From Oculina patagonica (taxonomy: Eukaryota), in assembly GCF_052425735.1 (NCBI RefSeq), contig NC_135764.1:2480001-2544000 (forward strand): 64,000 nucleotides of DNA, read 5' to 3'. Below are positions 27,401 to 38,867 of the stretch, one piece after another. Below the pieces are notes generated by a model that searched no databases, was not told where the DNA came from, and saw only the letters and a list, made by a program, of their open reading frames with translations. Every line of letters begins with the position of its first letter. Position 1 is the stretch's first letter. The position numbers and the translations under genes are program-made.

Positions 27401-28962
27401 GTAAATAGTATAGGCTTTTTATTTTAAATTTGTGATCAAACTGGCATTAAAAATCCACCCTGCAAAGTATAAGCGAAGGAAATTGACAGCAGCCTTTAAA
27501 AAAACCTTTTCGCTGCTCTGGGTGTAATCAGCATTAAACTCTCTTTGAAAATTAATGTCGATTATTTAGTAATTACATTTCTTTGAAAAACATACGGTCT
27601 AAACATAAGCTTTTTAAACACATTAAAAGAAATATTAACACTAAACATAAAACCAGGGCAAATTATGTGTTTTTTTATGACTTAGATGCACTCATTTTTA
27701 CCTTTTATGAGTCCAACATTACTTCAAAGCTACATGTATGAACCTTTTTTGCTATCGATGTTTTCTTTACAAACCAGCTGGCATGAAGTTGGGTATTTAA
27801 AGATAAAGTGCTAGTGCAAGTTGAAATGTACAGAGTTCATTTTTATCTCGCCCCTGTATTGCAGTTGTCTTTAACGAGACGCTTAATATGTTAATCTTGT
27901 GTTTTTATAATAAAACTAAGAATGAAGCCATTGGCCTTTTACCCAGGAAATAAAAGGGACAAAAAAGACTGCGAAAATGGGCAAACAAAATACAAGTTCA
28001 AGGGAACGATCTTAAAGGGTGTGTCCAGGTCTATATTTGATCTCGTTTTTGTAGAGTGATGTTCATTCCGAATCTTTACAAGTGTTTTATCTAGAATTGA
28101 TGTTTTCTACACCTGTCTTCCTCAATTAAATGACGAAAACGTACTTTAACAGCAAATCCACCCACTCAACATGTTTCAATTTTTGGTAAATTACCAGTGT
28201 TATAACGACAGTTCAAATGATAATCCGTCGAAGAATGTGACGCCCGAGTTTCACGGAACGTTTACGGAGAATTTAGGTTGTGCTGACAAGCAAGGAAAGC
28301 GAATTCTTCAGCGACGAGTCGAGAGAGAACGTTCCAAAGTGTGTACGTGCGTGCTGGAGCGAGGTGCAAAGTACTTATTATCAGTTACAGCAGAAGATAA
28401 CGTATATATAACCCTTTATCACTGTTGTTTGCATGAAATTTAGATTATTTTTTATAAAGAACTAAACAGTAAATCTTCTGTATTGGGGAAAGATACCGCC
28501 CTAAAAGAAGTTTTGGAACAGCGAGCTTACAATAACAAGTGCTTAAGATGAGATGCAATTTTCAAAATTTTACCCTACCTCTTTGATAAGAACTTTCGTT
28601 TCAACGGCGTTGTCCTCAGAATCGTAATAAAATGTCCTCCAAACGAACAACCCAGTCATCACCAAAGACACAGCGATAAAAAGCACCAAACAAACAGAGA
28701 GCCGCTGTATTTTTCTCGAATACCCTGGCACCATTCTGCTGCCCTTGGTGTGATGATCTGGAAGGAAACCTATCGTGCTTGCACTGTTCGGCAGCGCACC
28801 CAAACAGGTATCATCGCTACCGGAAAACCTTGCCTCGTAAACATTAAATGACATCTGCGACTCCGCGCCTGGGGACTGGGGCGATTCCGGCTCGAATTTT
28901 GCCAGCTGGTTGTTTGCGGCGTTCGTGTTGGGGTCTGGGTGCAACTGTAATCGAGCCATCAT
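14608..28962 (-). CDS. Beta-lactamase-family serine hydrolase (LACTBL1-like), type II membrane protein, paralog B, complete, about 613 aa
   Basis: Eleven minus-strand coding exons: 28962-28579, 25307-25167, 24671-24528, 23469-23348, 22871-22719, 22165-22037, 18277-18175, 17270-17192, 16359-16222, 15709-15606, 14952-14608. All are GT/AG bounded and phase-compatible. Motifs: TM helix LSVCLVLFIAVSLVMTGLFVW, FPVASVTK (SxxK), LDDP, EMVSHMSGFPRE, PGNKVSYSNLGFGLLG (YxN), IFDPLEMNDSGF, WANPAGGMFTSLADIAK, RMKNGFVYGYSS (motif III), FPDLKLAF. Confidence 0.93.
15826..16203. mobile_element. MITE
   Basis: tggccg..ttttctccgtttac / gtaaacggagaaaa..cggcca inverted ends; internal gggtcggtcgg repeats. Confidence 0.65.
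16770..16806. mobile_element. Left end of family-1 MITE running into the assembly gap
   Basis: taa-gggacggaccattattttcttggagggg matches the terminus at 228 and is followed directly by Ns. Confidence 0.75.
16807..16970. other. Assembly gap (N run)
   Basis: Run of n characters inside an intron of paralog B. Confidence 0.99.
17388..17851. mobile_element. Tc1/mariner-like MITE with AAGCGCCC subterminal repeats
   Basis: gattcgatttagcg / cgctaaatcgaatc inverted ends and about 10 taagcgccc units. Confidence 0.65.
18495..18813. mobile_element. PIF/Harbinger-like MITE
   Basis: agccctggccaaacgg ... ccattggccaggcct ends with TTA/TAA flanks; internal cgcaagt repeats. Confidence 0.7.
18817..21442. mobile_element. 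2.6-kb non-autonomous TTAA-flanked DNA transposon (Kolobok-like) in an intron of paralog B
   Basis: ttaa-gag...ctc-ttaa with ~200-bp imperfect TIRs (tgggtaggtc, tttggctaaat, cgctttcggagctaaa and cgatttgtt are mirrored at both ends). No transposase ORF visible. Confidence 0.65.
21795..21980. mobile_element. Short TACCCTGG...CCAGGGTA element with perfect 9-bp TSD
   Basis: TSD ctttacagc at 21786-21794 and 21981-21989. Confidence 0.8.
23167..23290. repeat. (CTGT/CTGC)n tetranucleotide microsatellite
   Basis: Direct inspection; intronic. Confidence 0.85.
24144..24420. mobile_element. Dispersed MITE-like repeat (degraded right half)
   Basis: tagagcagttttcaattgagtgtcgtaaaacc...gtaattactct...caatccagtg; a related fragment lies at ~14970-15050. 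Confidence 0.55.
25396..25602. mobile_element. MITE (Harbinger-like)
   Basis: tagggccaatttacacggtacta ... tagtaccatctaattcaccccttta-like imperfect inverted ends. Confidence 0.45.
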
Positions 28963-31900
28963 GACTGCTGGTTTCTTGTTATCTGGTGACTTTAATGAAG
29001 GAAGGAAAAGTATTCATTGCCTTGATTATTACATTGAAACCCTTTGAATGCAACAAATGCGGTTCTAACATAAATGCATAAAACCCTAATTTTCTTGTTT
29101 GGCTAAACAACAATAATAAATAAATAAATAAATAAAAAATAAATAAATAAAAATACGGCAAACAAGCAAATTACAAATTTTCATCAGTTTTTCTAGGCTG
29201 TTCACAGCCCTCTACACACTTTTTATTCTTTAAGAATATATTTTATGAGATTATCGAGACTGAAATTTGTGAAATTTTTAGAATATTTTAAGTTAAACCG
29301 TTAAAATTATTTTCTTCTCTAAACGACAGAACTAACTAAAAAACAACAAAGCAGTAACATTTCGGCCAGAAGATATTTACTCGTAATTGTTCCCTCAATA
29401 CATTCTTAAACGGAAATGTCAACGCTATAATCTGAGAATATTCACAAGAATATTTCAGCCTTAAATCGATAGAAAAATAAGAATATTCAGCCTGGGCCGG
29501 AAAACCAATATTCTTATAAAAAGAAAAGAGTGCACTAAAAGCGGGAAAGAATCGCCAGAGAATTTGACGCCAGTGCAAAACGGGAGGCGAGAGGGGGCTC
29601 TTTCGTGCTCTTTTGCGCTGGAAAATATAGAGGCTCTGAACAGTTTTACGTTTTCTAGCAACTTCCTTTTGGTCCTTTTAAAAAACAATATCAATAGCAA
29701 AAGCGATCAGATGACGTAATTATAATGATTTTTTAACGCCTGTTATGTTGTTTGCCGTTGAAGCAATCAAATTTATGTCAAATTCCAACTGTGAGACACG
29801 CAAACTACAAATTAACCCTGAACTTCGTACCACTAAATTTGTGATACCTGTGGATTTATTTATTTCTCCTTCATATGACATAGTGACAAAGCCGCAGCTA
29901 AGCCTTTTTTGTACTTCGCTGCTTTTAGAGATGTTACATATAAAGACAGTAATTAAATATGATATTATTATATGCTAAGAGGAAATAAGGCATTAATCTT
30001 GGACCTTTGGGAAACATCAACAAGCTTTTCATTCATCGCGTGCACGTGCAAAAGTGTTTCTGAGCTCAGATTATTTTCATTGCAAATAAGAGTACGTCAG
30101 AGTATAAAAGTAACCCTCGTGTTAATTGTACTCACAGTAATCTTATTATCGTTTTAAAAAACTGATAGCTCTTTTCCAGACTGGCTAATTTTACCCTCGA
30201 ACCTTGCTTTCAAAGTGCAATTCCCAAAGCAGCAAAGATGAAAAGAAAAGGCATGTGAAAACAGTATGAACGTGCCAAAGACTTGAAAATAATTTAGCGT
30301 AAACAAGGCTTGTGAGTGAACTTTGAGCAACAGATGCAACATGCATACTCCCGGGCCTGTTAATTCAATCATACTGACTAGTAAAATCATGATCTAATTA
30401 TATAACTGTATGCTACCCTAAGCAAAGAGAAAAAAGGGAGGGTAACAAAAATGGCAATTTCAATCTACCATCAGTTTATAATCAAAAGAGGAACAAATTA
30501 AAAATCCCTTACTTACAAGTAACTCGATAAAAACTCGCCGTGGCTTCGTTTTCTTTTCAATGTTTTTGTCCACATGGATTTTAGTTGTTTTTATGTGACC
30601 GTTCTCCATCTTTTCTCTGTGCCTTACTGTTGACTGATTTTGCTCCCGCGAAGACATGTGCCAACATTTGACAACCAAATACGAGACTAATTGCCCAAAC
30701 AGGTTTAGTTGATTGCAGTAAACAAGATTGTCCGGTTGTTTGTTCGATGTACAGGTATGTGGACTGCACAACAGAAATCGTCCAGTGCATTACAAATAGA
30801 AATTTTACCATTTTTGTCGTAGTTTCAGGTGCCGTAACAAAAAGACCCACTCTAATAGTCAAACACGCTACAATGAGAATGTGCAAAATGCCCACGTCTG
30901 GGAAGATTTTTTTAAGTAATACAAGAAGAATTGTATTCTTGCTTCAGGTCATAATTACTTGCGAATGCGCCGGCTTGCTTTGTGAAATGTTAGAAATTAA
31001 TGAAAAATAACTGGTGTTTGTTTGTGGGGTAATTTGGCTCAAGTGTTAAGTGTTCCGTTAAGTTGTTCGGCCGCAGGACTTTTGGCAGCGTTTTGCGGAT
31101 TGTCTTTTGGGCATTCATGACTTGAAGATAATGAATTGAATGCTGCCAACGTGACATGACAAACCAAAGCCAAAACTACTTGGTATTCGACAGAAGAAAA
31201 CAGTCTTCTTGTCAGCAAGCAAAAATAAATACATGTAATAGTTTTTTTGGATGATGGCCTGGGGATACGTTCAAAAGAGGTGATGGTCTGTAGTCAATAC
31301 TTAGCGATTCAAATGACAAAAATGTCTCTGGTGGTTATGTTGCTGGAACCAACACAACAAAAAAGGCAACGAGAGACATTACAAGCTGCCTTAATATATC
31401 ATCAATCAACATGGCAGCTGCGACGTCACATAAAGCTAAGGGTTAATTAGTGTTCAAAGAAACAGAACTATAACCAATAGGTGTCTGACTAGCACTTGAG
31501 AAATTAGATTTGCGAGAATATTGTATTTTATCTTTATACTTCAAAATTAAATGAATGAACCCACCCACTAAGTTGCGTGGTTGCATTTCAGTGCGAGGCA
31601 CAGTCTATCGAGGCTGGCTAGTTAATTAATTAATTAACTAACAGTGTGTAAGGGCTGGAAGTATCGCTATTCTGCCTTGTAGTAGACTTATAGTTAACCT
31701 TAATTTTATTTCGAAGAAATTACAATCACAAACAAATATAAAAGACCCGTTTATCAATCACTGTTGAAAATTGTAGTAACATGGACTGTACTTTTTCCAT
31801 TTTTAGTACTGCAATCAAAATTAAATGAATGGCTTTTAATTGCTGATTGCTAATCTGCTCAAAAAAAGTAAAACAGTAACCCAGAGTGGAGCTTCGTTGC

Positions 31901-33127
31901 TTCAACAGTTGTTAATTCTTTTTAAGTTTATCGTGTGTTAAATAGCTAAAATTGACTCAAGATTTGGAAAAGGAAGAATCATTTTGATTGAGCATTTCTG
32001 ACAGGCCTGAATTTTAATTGAGACGGCGCGCGCCGACTTTTTCCCGCCAAAGGAATCATTGACATGTTAATCCACTGCTCTCCGATTTCTGAACGGAGAG
32101 AATTTGGTTAAAATGACAAGAGCACCCTCAGGGTAAATTTTGCGGATATTGGCGCAATCAGCGTAAATTTGTTTCGAGATTACCCCTTAAACATTTATCA
32201 AGACACCTCCGGGGATATAAAAGGGTAAATCCATACCTTCGCTTTGTGTAGTAATATGTCAACAAACTTTAAACCTAGCTTTAAACCTTTTTTTGCTATG
32301 GTACATCAAAGTTAATAAGAAATGAAAATCTAATTAAAAGTCAATAAAACTGTTTGTCGGACGGCCATACTGTACGTAGTTGCTAATGAAGCACACTAAT
32401 TGACCTTTCATGCATGCTGAATTAGCTTCTGTGTAATTTAACTATATAAAAACTCTCGACGTAACAGACGTAAACATCGTTCATGCCTTCTTCTGAACAA
32501 AAGCCATCGCCTTGGCCCTCGTCCCCCAAATAGCACTGAAATACCAAATACGTCAGAGGTTTTTCAATTGGTTCTTTGAAAAAAGGGATGCCTAGTACTG
32601 GACTAACTATCTTTGTGAGTAAGCAAAAGTCAGATCTTGACTCTAACAAGGCTTTTTCATCTTTTGTCCGCTGGTGGACAAAGTGTTCAAAATGTAGTCC
32701 ATTTCAACCAGGGCGAAAATTTTGTATCCTATGTATGCAAATGTATTGTTGAATCTCAGCAGTCCACCGACTGACATGAAAACAATTTTTTCAAAGAATA
32801 AGAGCATGGTTTATAGGTGGTACTAAGTAGTTGGCTATTGAAACTATTCTGTAACAGTTAAACTCCAAAACGAGCGACCTTGTACTTCAACATTTACCAG
32901 CCTTGTAATAACGCGCGCGGTAGACACTACGAACGTCTCTCAGTTTGCGTCGTAAATTAATTCATCTTGCTGAAATTCATATACTTTAATTAAAAACTAA
33001 ACAGTTACATGTGCAACTATACAATTACAACAAACCTTTGTAACGTAACCATTTTCCTCCACTGGCTGCAACACAAAATGCTCACCGCTTCTCGAATCGC
33101 GAACTAAAACAACTGCAGACATCTTAC

Positions 33128-33350
33128 TGCGTATATAAAACTCCAACTCAGACAGGAGTTTGTATTTTTGAGCAACCGTAGAACTGTCCGTCGCGGTCTT
33201 TTTTCCAGTCCGTCACTCAGTAACTTCGGCAGCTATCGCTGTTATTACTTCAACTATCAACAGATGCCAGAACTTGTATAATGTACAACCGTATCAAATG
33301 CCCCACAGAATACCTTCGTTCGGTTAGCGCGAGCCGTACTTGTTTATATA
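33128..33350 (-). promoter_or_regulatory. Putative TATA box and non-coding first exon of beta-lactamase-like paralog B
   Basis: TATATAAA (minus) at 33343-33350 and donor GTAAGA at 33126-33127. An acceptor (gtcaccag) at 28983-28984 lies just upstream of the ATG exon. Confidence 0.45.
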
Positions 33351-33680
33351 CTGTATGTGCTCTTATATTCAAGCGTGGGCGAGCGTAGATTGACATTGCT
33401 GTTGACAGTCTGTAATATTCATGATTCCACTTTTTTCGGCTGTCATCGATAGCATAAAATATCTTAGTGACCCCATAGGCTTTGACATCTGTTATTCACT
33501 CCTTTGTAAATACACGCTTGTCGATAACATTTGCCCATCAGACGCTTTTGATTGTGCTTGTAAAGGGGCTTTGTTTCAAAGGAAACCTAAATTAAAAGCA
33601 CTGAAACTGTTAACAAGCGTATATGGCTGCAGATGGCTAGGATGGAAATGGATTACAACCTAAAAAATTAAGGCTTTTAA

Positions 33681-34039
33681 GGGACACTGTCACAGCGAGT
33701 TTTCTGCTAAAATCGGCGGGGCACTACTGAGCTCGTACATGAAATTCGCCTAGAACATCAAGATGAAGATATAAAATAAATTGTTGTTTTAGGTAGAGGG
33801 GAGCCGTTGTAAGTTTACGCTGTTTTTTCCAGGCAACAAGGGCAGAACTTGAAAAAATCAGCCTGACTTTTTCAAGTTGAGATATATAGTTCCTGATGGC
33901 ATCAAAATAATATCACTTGTTTATAGCTTCAGTACACTAGCATAGTATTTTATTTTAACAAATCTGGACCACTATTTGAGGGATTTCATACGTTTTTGGG
34001 CTCTTGGAGTTTTGAAGTGAAGCTCGTGACAATGTTCCT
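33681..34039. mobile_element. TTAA-flanked MITE (Kolobok-like)
   Basis: ttaa-gggacactgtcac...gtgacaatgttcct-ttaa; a second copy is at 57953-58303. Confidence 0.75.
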
Positions 34040-35642
34040 TTAACTCTTCAAGTAGTTTTTGCGCGTGTCTAAAAAATCAATATTTATAGCCAAGGTTTGA
34101 TTTCTATTTACAAATTAAGGTTATAAATCTTCGTTTTGTCAAAGATAATGATTTTAGGTTAAAGTGCCTACTTCTAATTTTCAGAACAGTAAAGACCAAA
34201 AACCTGCAAAATCCCTTTGACGTTGTTCCTTTAAAACTAAAATACCGGTCTTATTTTTTTTCCATGCGGTGGTATTTTGCTTTAAGCAATATGGTATAGA
34301 GGGTACAACCTCCACACTGCTGGACAGCTGTTAAATATCCCGCGGGATATTGGGCGGGACGCGTTACATAACGGTTTCTCCGCCAAGATGCGCCGTGTCC
34401 GTAGCTCATTGCTTATCAAAAAAAAAATGATTAATAATTATAAAGCATCCTGTTAGAAGCTCCTGTGGATGCAAGTCCCTCTTTTTCCTCTTCCCATGTT
34501 ACCAGTCTTGTGAGCAGAACATTGTACGATTTCAACAGTGCAGTGCAAGTACAATGTAGTAAAACTGGTAAAAGTTAAATTGAGCAACTTTGGACACAGA
34601 GTAAAGCACATTTATTTTTCTTTTTTTCGTCGTTCCAGTTGCGGTCAGTTGCGCTAATACTACTGCTACTTTTTTTCGTTGGAACTTAATATGCAAAAAT
34701 GAGAGAGGCAAATTTTGATGGGCTTAAATTTGCGAAATGGCAGAAAAATCGTAACGAAAGGAACACAAAACTTGGCGAAAAGTTTCCAAGTATTGAGCCA
34801 GCTTATCAAAAAGGTGGTTTCAGAATCGGCGCTACAGACTTAAATTTTACAACAAAAATTGAACAAACTATAAAAAAAAAAAAACATTTGCTATTCGTTT
34901 TCTCTCTGTTGTATGACGATTCGTTTAAAAATGAGAGTCTGAACACCGAAGCAGCAAGGGCAAGGAAATTACACTTATAAATACTGACGTCAACTCAATC
35001 AGAAAAAGCTTTCAAGCAGGGTCGTCGCTTATTTCCGCGATAACTTTTTTCCGCGGGAAATTAATTTCGCAATATTTTGCAATCGCGAAAATTGCAAAAA
35101 TTAAGTCCCTTGAAAATAGTTAAGCCGACATGAAAACCCTTACGAAATTTTTAGTTTTCAATTTTTTTTGTCGTAGTTTTATCCATTCACAGTTTTCAGA
35201 AATTCTCTCCTCCATATTGATACCCTCGCCTTTTCAATCACATCATGAAGTAGCGAGCTTTCGAGATGCGTGGTTGAGAATATCAGTTTACGTTGCCATA
35301 TGTTTGAATCTTTATTTGCAGCATTTAATAAATACTTTAGAGGCCTAACATGCCCGCTTATTAACTTATATAAGATGCATTTAAAAACAAATTTATAGTT
35401 TCAATATTGAAACTTAAGTCGGAAAATCTTACTTTAGAACATTTTTTTTAAGAACTCTCTTATACTTTGCTGACTACGCAGACCAGTCGCTCGGTCGATC
35501 AGTCCCAGTCTATATTGTAATGGACTCCTGTAATCACCAAAATACAATGAATTATTTCTCGTGATTGGACCATTTTGTTGAATTGCAAATAAATAATACT
35601 TTAGATTCCATCAGAGTCCTTTGGCCTGGCCGTATTTCCTCG

Positions 35643-36699
35643 TCATTGATTATCACCCAGTAGATTTCGCTCTAGATCTCCCACTGCTTCATCTGTGAAA
35701 CAAGAACGACATTTACGTGGAGTTAGTTTATTATTCTTTTATGTTTATTGCCCTCCAGCAATCATTCCCTCTGTTCCTGAAGGTCTTCTTGAACCCTAAC
35801 ATGGTTAACTCAGCAGAAAATGGATTGAAGAGTGTGGGAAACACAATACCGGTGAGTAAAAATCCTTAGGAACACAGAGAAGTTGCACAAAATCCCACTT
35901 AATCACAGGGAACCCGGAAACCGGGCCCAGACCACATTTTGGAGTTCAAATTCTTTTGTACTTTAATTTGTACATGCAGACGAGACTTGGAGGGCAGGCT
36001 AGCATGAAACTCAAAAGAATAGCAAATTGTCATCAGCAAGTTAAAAGGCATCACATAATAAAGTTGTTGACGTTAGTTGGTTTTTTGTAACTGTCTGTTG
36101 TCAATTAAGGGCTGGCTAAACTAGGAAACATTGTTCCTTGTCATGTTTCCTAGGTGGCTAAATTAGCGGGAAGCAAGGAAAACGTATCGCTGCCCCAAGT
36201 GGCTAAACTAGGCAACAATGTTCCGGGAACAAAGTGTCACACATGCGCATTACCTATTCAACATTGCTTCTATATATGGTGGCTGAAGTGGGCAACATAT
36301 GTTGGCTTAAGAAAAAATTGTTTTTGACTTGAGGAAGAAATTTTTTTGTTTCCGTGAAGCAAAATTTGTTTCTGCGATACGTTTCCCGCGTGACAAAACT
36401 GGGAAACATTTGCGTCCGTAACAGTGTTTCCTAGTTTAGCGCGGCCTTTAAACCACAAATATGTGTTTACACTTACTATGCCTTCCTTTAAAGAAGTAAG
36501 CAACTCTTGACTCTCTGATGTTGTTGTTGTTGTTGTTGTTGTAGGACCTTCTTCCTTCACGGCAGTTTTGTTTAGTTCTTCGAGTGAAGCGACGGCACCA
36601 CCAGCGATTTTTGTTACCCTGCGCCTCGGTGTTGCTTAGCAACAGAGAACAGAGAAACAGGACTAACAGGAATAGGCAGAGTGGCATGGACGTCTTCAT
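35643..36699 (-). CDS. Small secreted cationic peptide precursor 1 (about 90 aa as assembled; possible frameshift)
   Basis: Coding exons 36699-36477 (acceptor 36718-36719 upstream of ATG; donor GTAAGT) and 35692-35643 (acceptor tttcacag). Protein: MKTSMPLCLFLLVLFLCSLLLSNTEA-QGNKNRWWCRRFTRRTKQNCREGRRSYNNNNNNNIRESRVAYFFKGRH-NEAVGDLERNLLGDNQ*. Clear signal peptide ending in TEA. Confidence 0.7.
36109..36447. mobile_element. Harbinger-like MITE in intron 2 of peptide gene 1
   Basis: gctaaactaggaaacattgtt / aacagtgtttcctagtttagc inverted ends with TAA flanks; internal ggctaaactagg repeats. Confidence 0.7.
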
Positions 36700-36793
36700 G
36701 ATTATGGTATCTCAGGTCTATACGAGAAATATATGGGAAAGATATCAATGACGTCATCTATTGGTTATAAGGTGCCCATCGTGTACTGCACAG

Positions 36794-37485
36794 ATCACGC
36801 AAACAATACTATAACGCCTTAATACAACCTATTATAAATTATGGTAGCATAGTATGGTCGGTGTGCAACAAAGAATGTCTAAACAGAATTCTTAAACTAC
36901 AGAAGCGCGCAGCCAGAGTCATTCTCTTTGCAGAACCGCGTGCATCATCTGTGGAACTTTTTAATAGACTGGGATGGATCCCAGTACACGAACAATGTAA
37001 TATAAACAAATGCGCGCTAGTCCACAAACGGATCTATGGAAACGTCCCTACCTTTTTAAGCGACCAACTTGTGTTAAATAGCCAAGCAAACAAAAGAAGC
37101 ACTCGCTACGCTTATTTTAACTTGCGCTGCCCGAAATTCAGAAGGGAGACAGAAGGCGGGCGCACTTTTTCTGTTTCTGCCACCCGCCTTTGGAATGCTC
37201 TCCCTATCTCAAAAAGGCGAATCGAACAGCCGAAGCCCTTTAAAGAATCTCTCAGAGATCGGGTGTTTTCGGAGCAGCAGCTTTTACATCATTTTATTGT
37301 ATAGTTTTAACTTTTTAGCTTCATATATCGTTTACTATTATGCATATTCGTATTCAATTTTCAATGTATATAGTGTTTTTATAATATTCTAGTGTAATTT
37401 TTAGGGAGGGCCACAGGTTTGTTAGCTTTGCTATTTAGTGTTACCCTCATTTTAAATAAAGTCTTTATTATTATTATTATTATAT
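36794..37485 (+). mobile_element. 5'-truncated CR1/L2-group LINE (ORF2 C-terminus plus 3' UTR)
   Basis: Translation YYNALIQPIINYGSIVWS...KLQKRAARVIL...LFNRLGW...STR...GGRTFSVSATRLWNALP (ORF 36861-37304). Ends in AATAAA and an (ATT)n tail. Antisense within intron 1 of peptide gene 1. Confidence 0.88.
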
Positions 37486-37860
37486 TGGCTAAGATCTCGA
37501 CAGGGTACTCCCCGAACATTTGGTGGGTTGTATCGTGTGCTATTTTGCCTTCAGACTCGATACTTTATTCCTAGCCTACGTGTATCCGTACTCGGGGGGT
37601 GGAGAAGGGGGAGGTGAACACCTACACTATGGCCACCTTAGTTCAAACCAGATCCTACCCAAGAACTGTTTCGATTCGCGTAAACATTGAGAAGGACTTA
37701 AAATTCCCGGTGTTTTGAATCGAACTTCCCAGGCCCAAGACATGAATTAAAACAATGATAAATTATAGATTCATGCAAGAATAAATACCATTTTCTGACC
37801 AGAATGCACAAACCACACCTTTGTTCAGAGTTGAAAGGCTCCGAAACCATAACCACAGGG

Positions 37861-38155
37861 TAATGATAATGATAATGATAATGTATTTATATGATAATGT
37901 ATTTATATAGCGCATTTTTCATATGTATATGTTCAAATGCGCTTTACACGTACTGTAATTTTACTACACAATTGTAAAGGCCAGACCACAACACCGGGAG
38001 CTTCGTGCCCTACTCTTTGCGAATAGTGTGTGGGTTTTTTAACGTACCCTGTTATAAGACTGAATATACAGGAGACGGGACCTACGGTTTATCGTCCTTT
38101 TCCGAGAAGACTAGAATGTCTAACCATTTGCAGATGAAATTACAAAGGCAGCACA

Positions 38156-38196
<41 letters not shown>

Positions 38197-38266
38197 TGGG
38201 GTTCGAACCCACGACCTCCCGCACAGCAGTCCGGCGCTCTACCAACTGAGCTAACCAGGCGGCGGC
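37861..38266 (-). mobile_element. Full-length tRNA-derived SINE
   Basis: Minus-strand head gccgcctggttagctcagttggtagagcg...gggttcgaacccc has A and B boxes. A ~300-bp body ends in a (CATTAT)n tail. Confidence 0.85.
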
Positions 38267-38750
38267 AATAATAGGTTATATATGTAAGGTAATAGGTTAT
38301 GTAAGGAAGTACCCCACCCCCCCCCCACCTGGGTCCGGGGGGGGACTAAAAATAACAAAAAGGTAAACATGTAATAGGAAAACATATTAAAACTACATGT
38401 TCATATTGATCTCGCTGTTCATTGTTGAACTGTCCCGGATCGTATCTCGGTGCAACTTCAATTTTTGTTAACAAAGAAGGTTTAACACATTGATCATGAA
38501 AATCGATCTTAAATAAATTTTCCGACAAACTGGCTTTTAACTTAAAGGCAAATCGATTAAATGCATTAATTAATAAATTTCAATTTATTTCTTGGTTAGA
38601 CTGATTTCAGTTGCTCCAAGATTTTGTTTTTGTTTGTTATTCGGTAAGATTTCATCATTTAATTACTATCTAACGTTTGGAGCCTTCAGTTTAAGAAGAC
38701 GGACTATTTTAAATCGTAGAAAGGGACAGTTAAAAAAAACAACAACTTAC

Positions 38751-38867
38751 TTGTATAAAGTTGTAAACTGTAGCGATTAACAAACTTAACGCCGGAGATA
38801 AGGTGCCAAACTTCAGCAGTTGTCGACAACTAAATATAATCATATTTATGCTTGAGCCCTTTATATA
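38751..38867 (-). promoter_or_regulatory. Putative TATA box and non-coding first exon of peptide gene 1
   Basis: TATATAAA on the minus strand at 38860-38867. A donor GTAAGT follows about 110 nt downstream (exon end 38751) and pairs with the acceptor at 36718-36719. Confidence 0.55.

Noticed and set aside
14608-28962. Bacterial contamination or recent horizontal transfer of a beta-lactamase
   Set aside because: The genes have many spliceosomal introns shared between paralogs and are embedded in host repeats; antibiotic resistance function is not implied.
38195-38266. tRNA gene on the minus strand (also 50820-50879)
   Set aside because: A and B boxes are present, but the sequence continues into a SINE body with a simple-repeat tail. 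These are tRNA-derived SINE heads.
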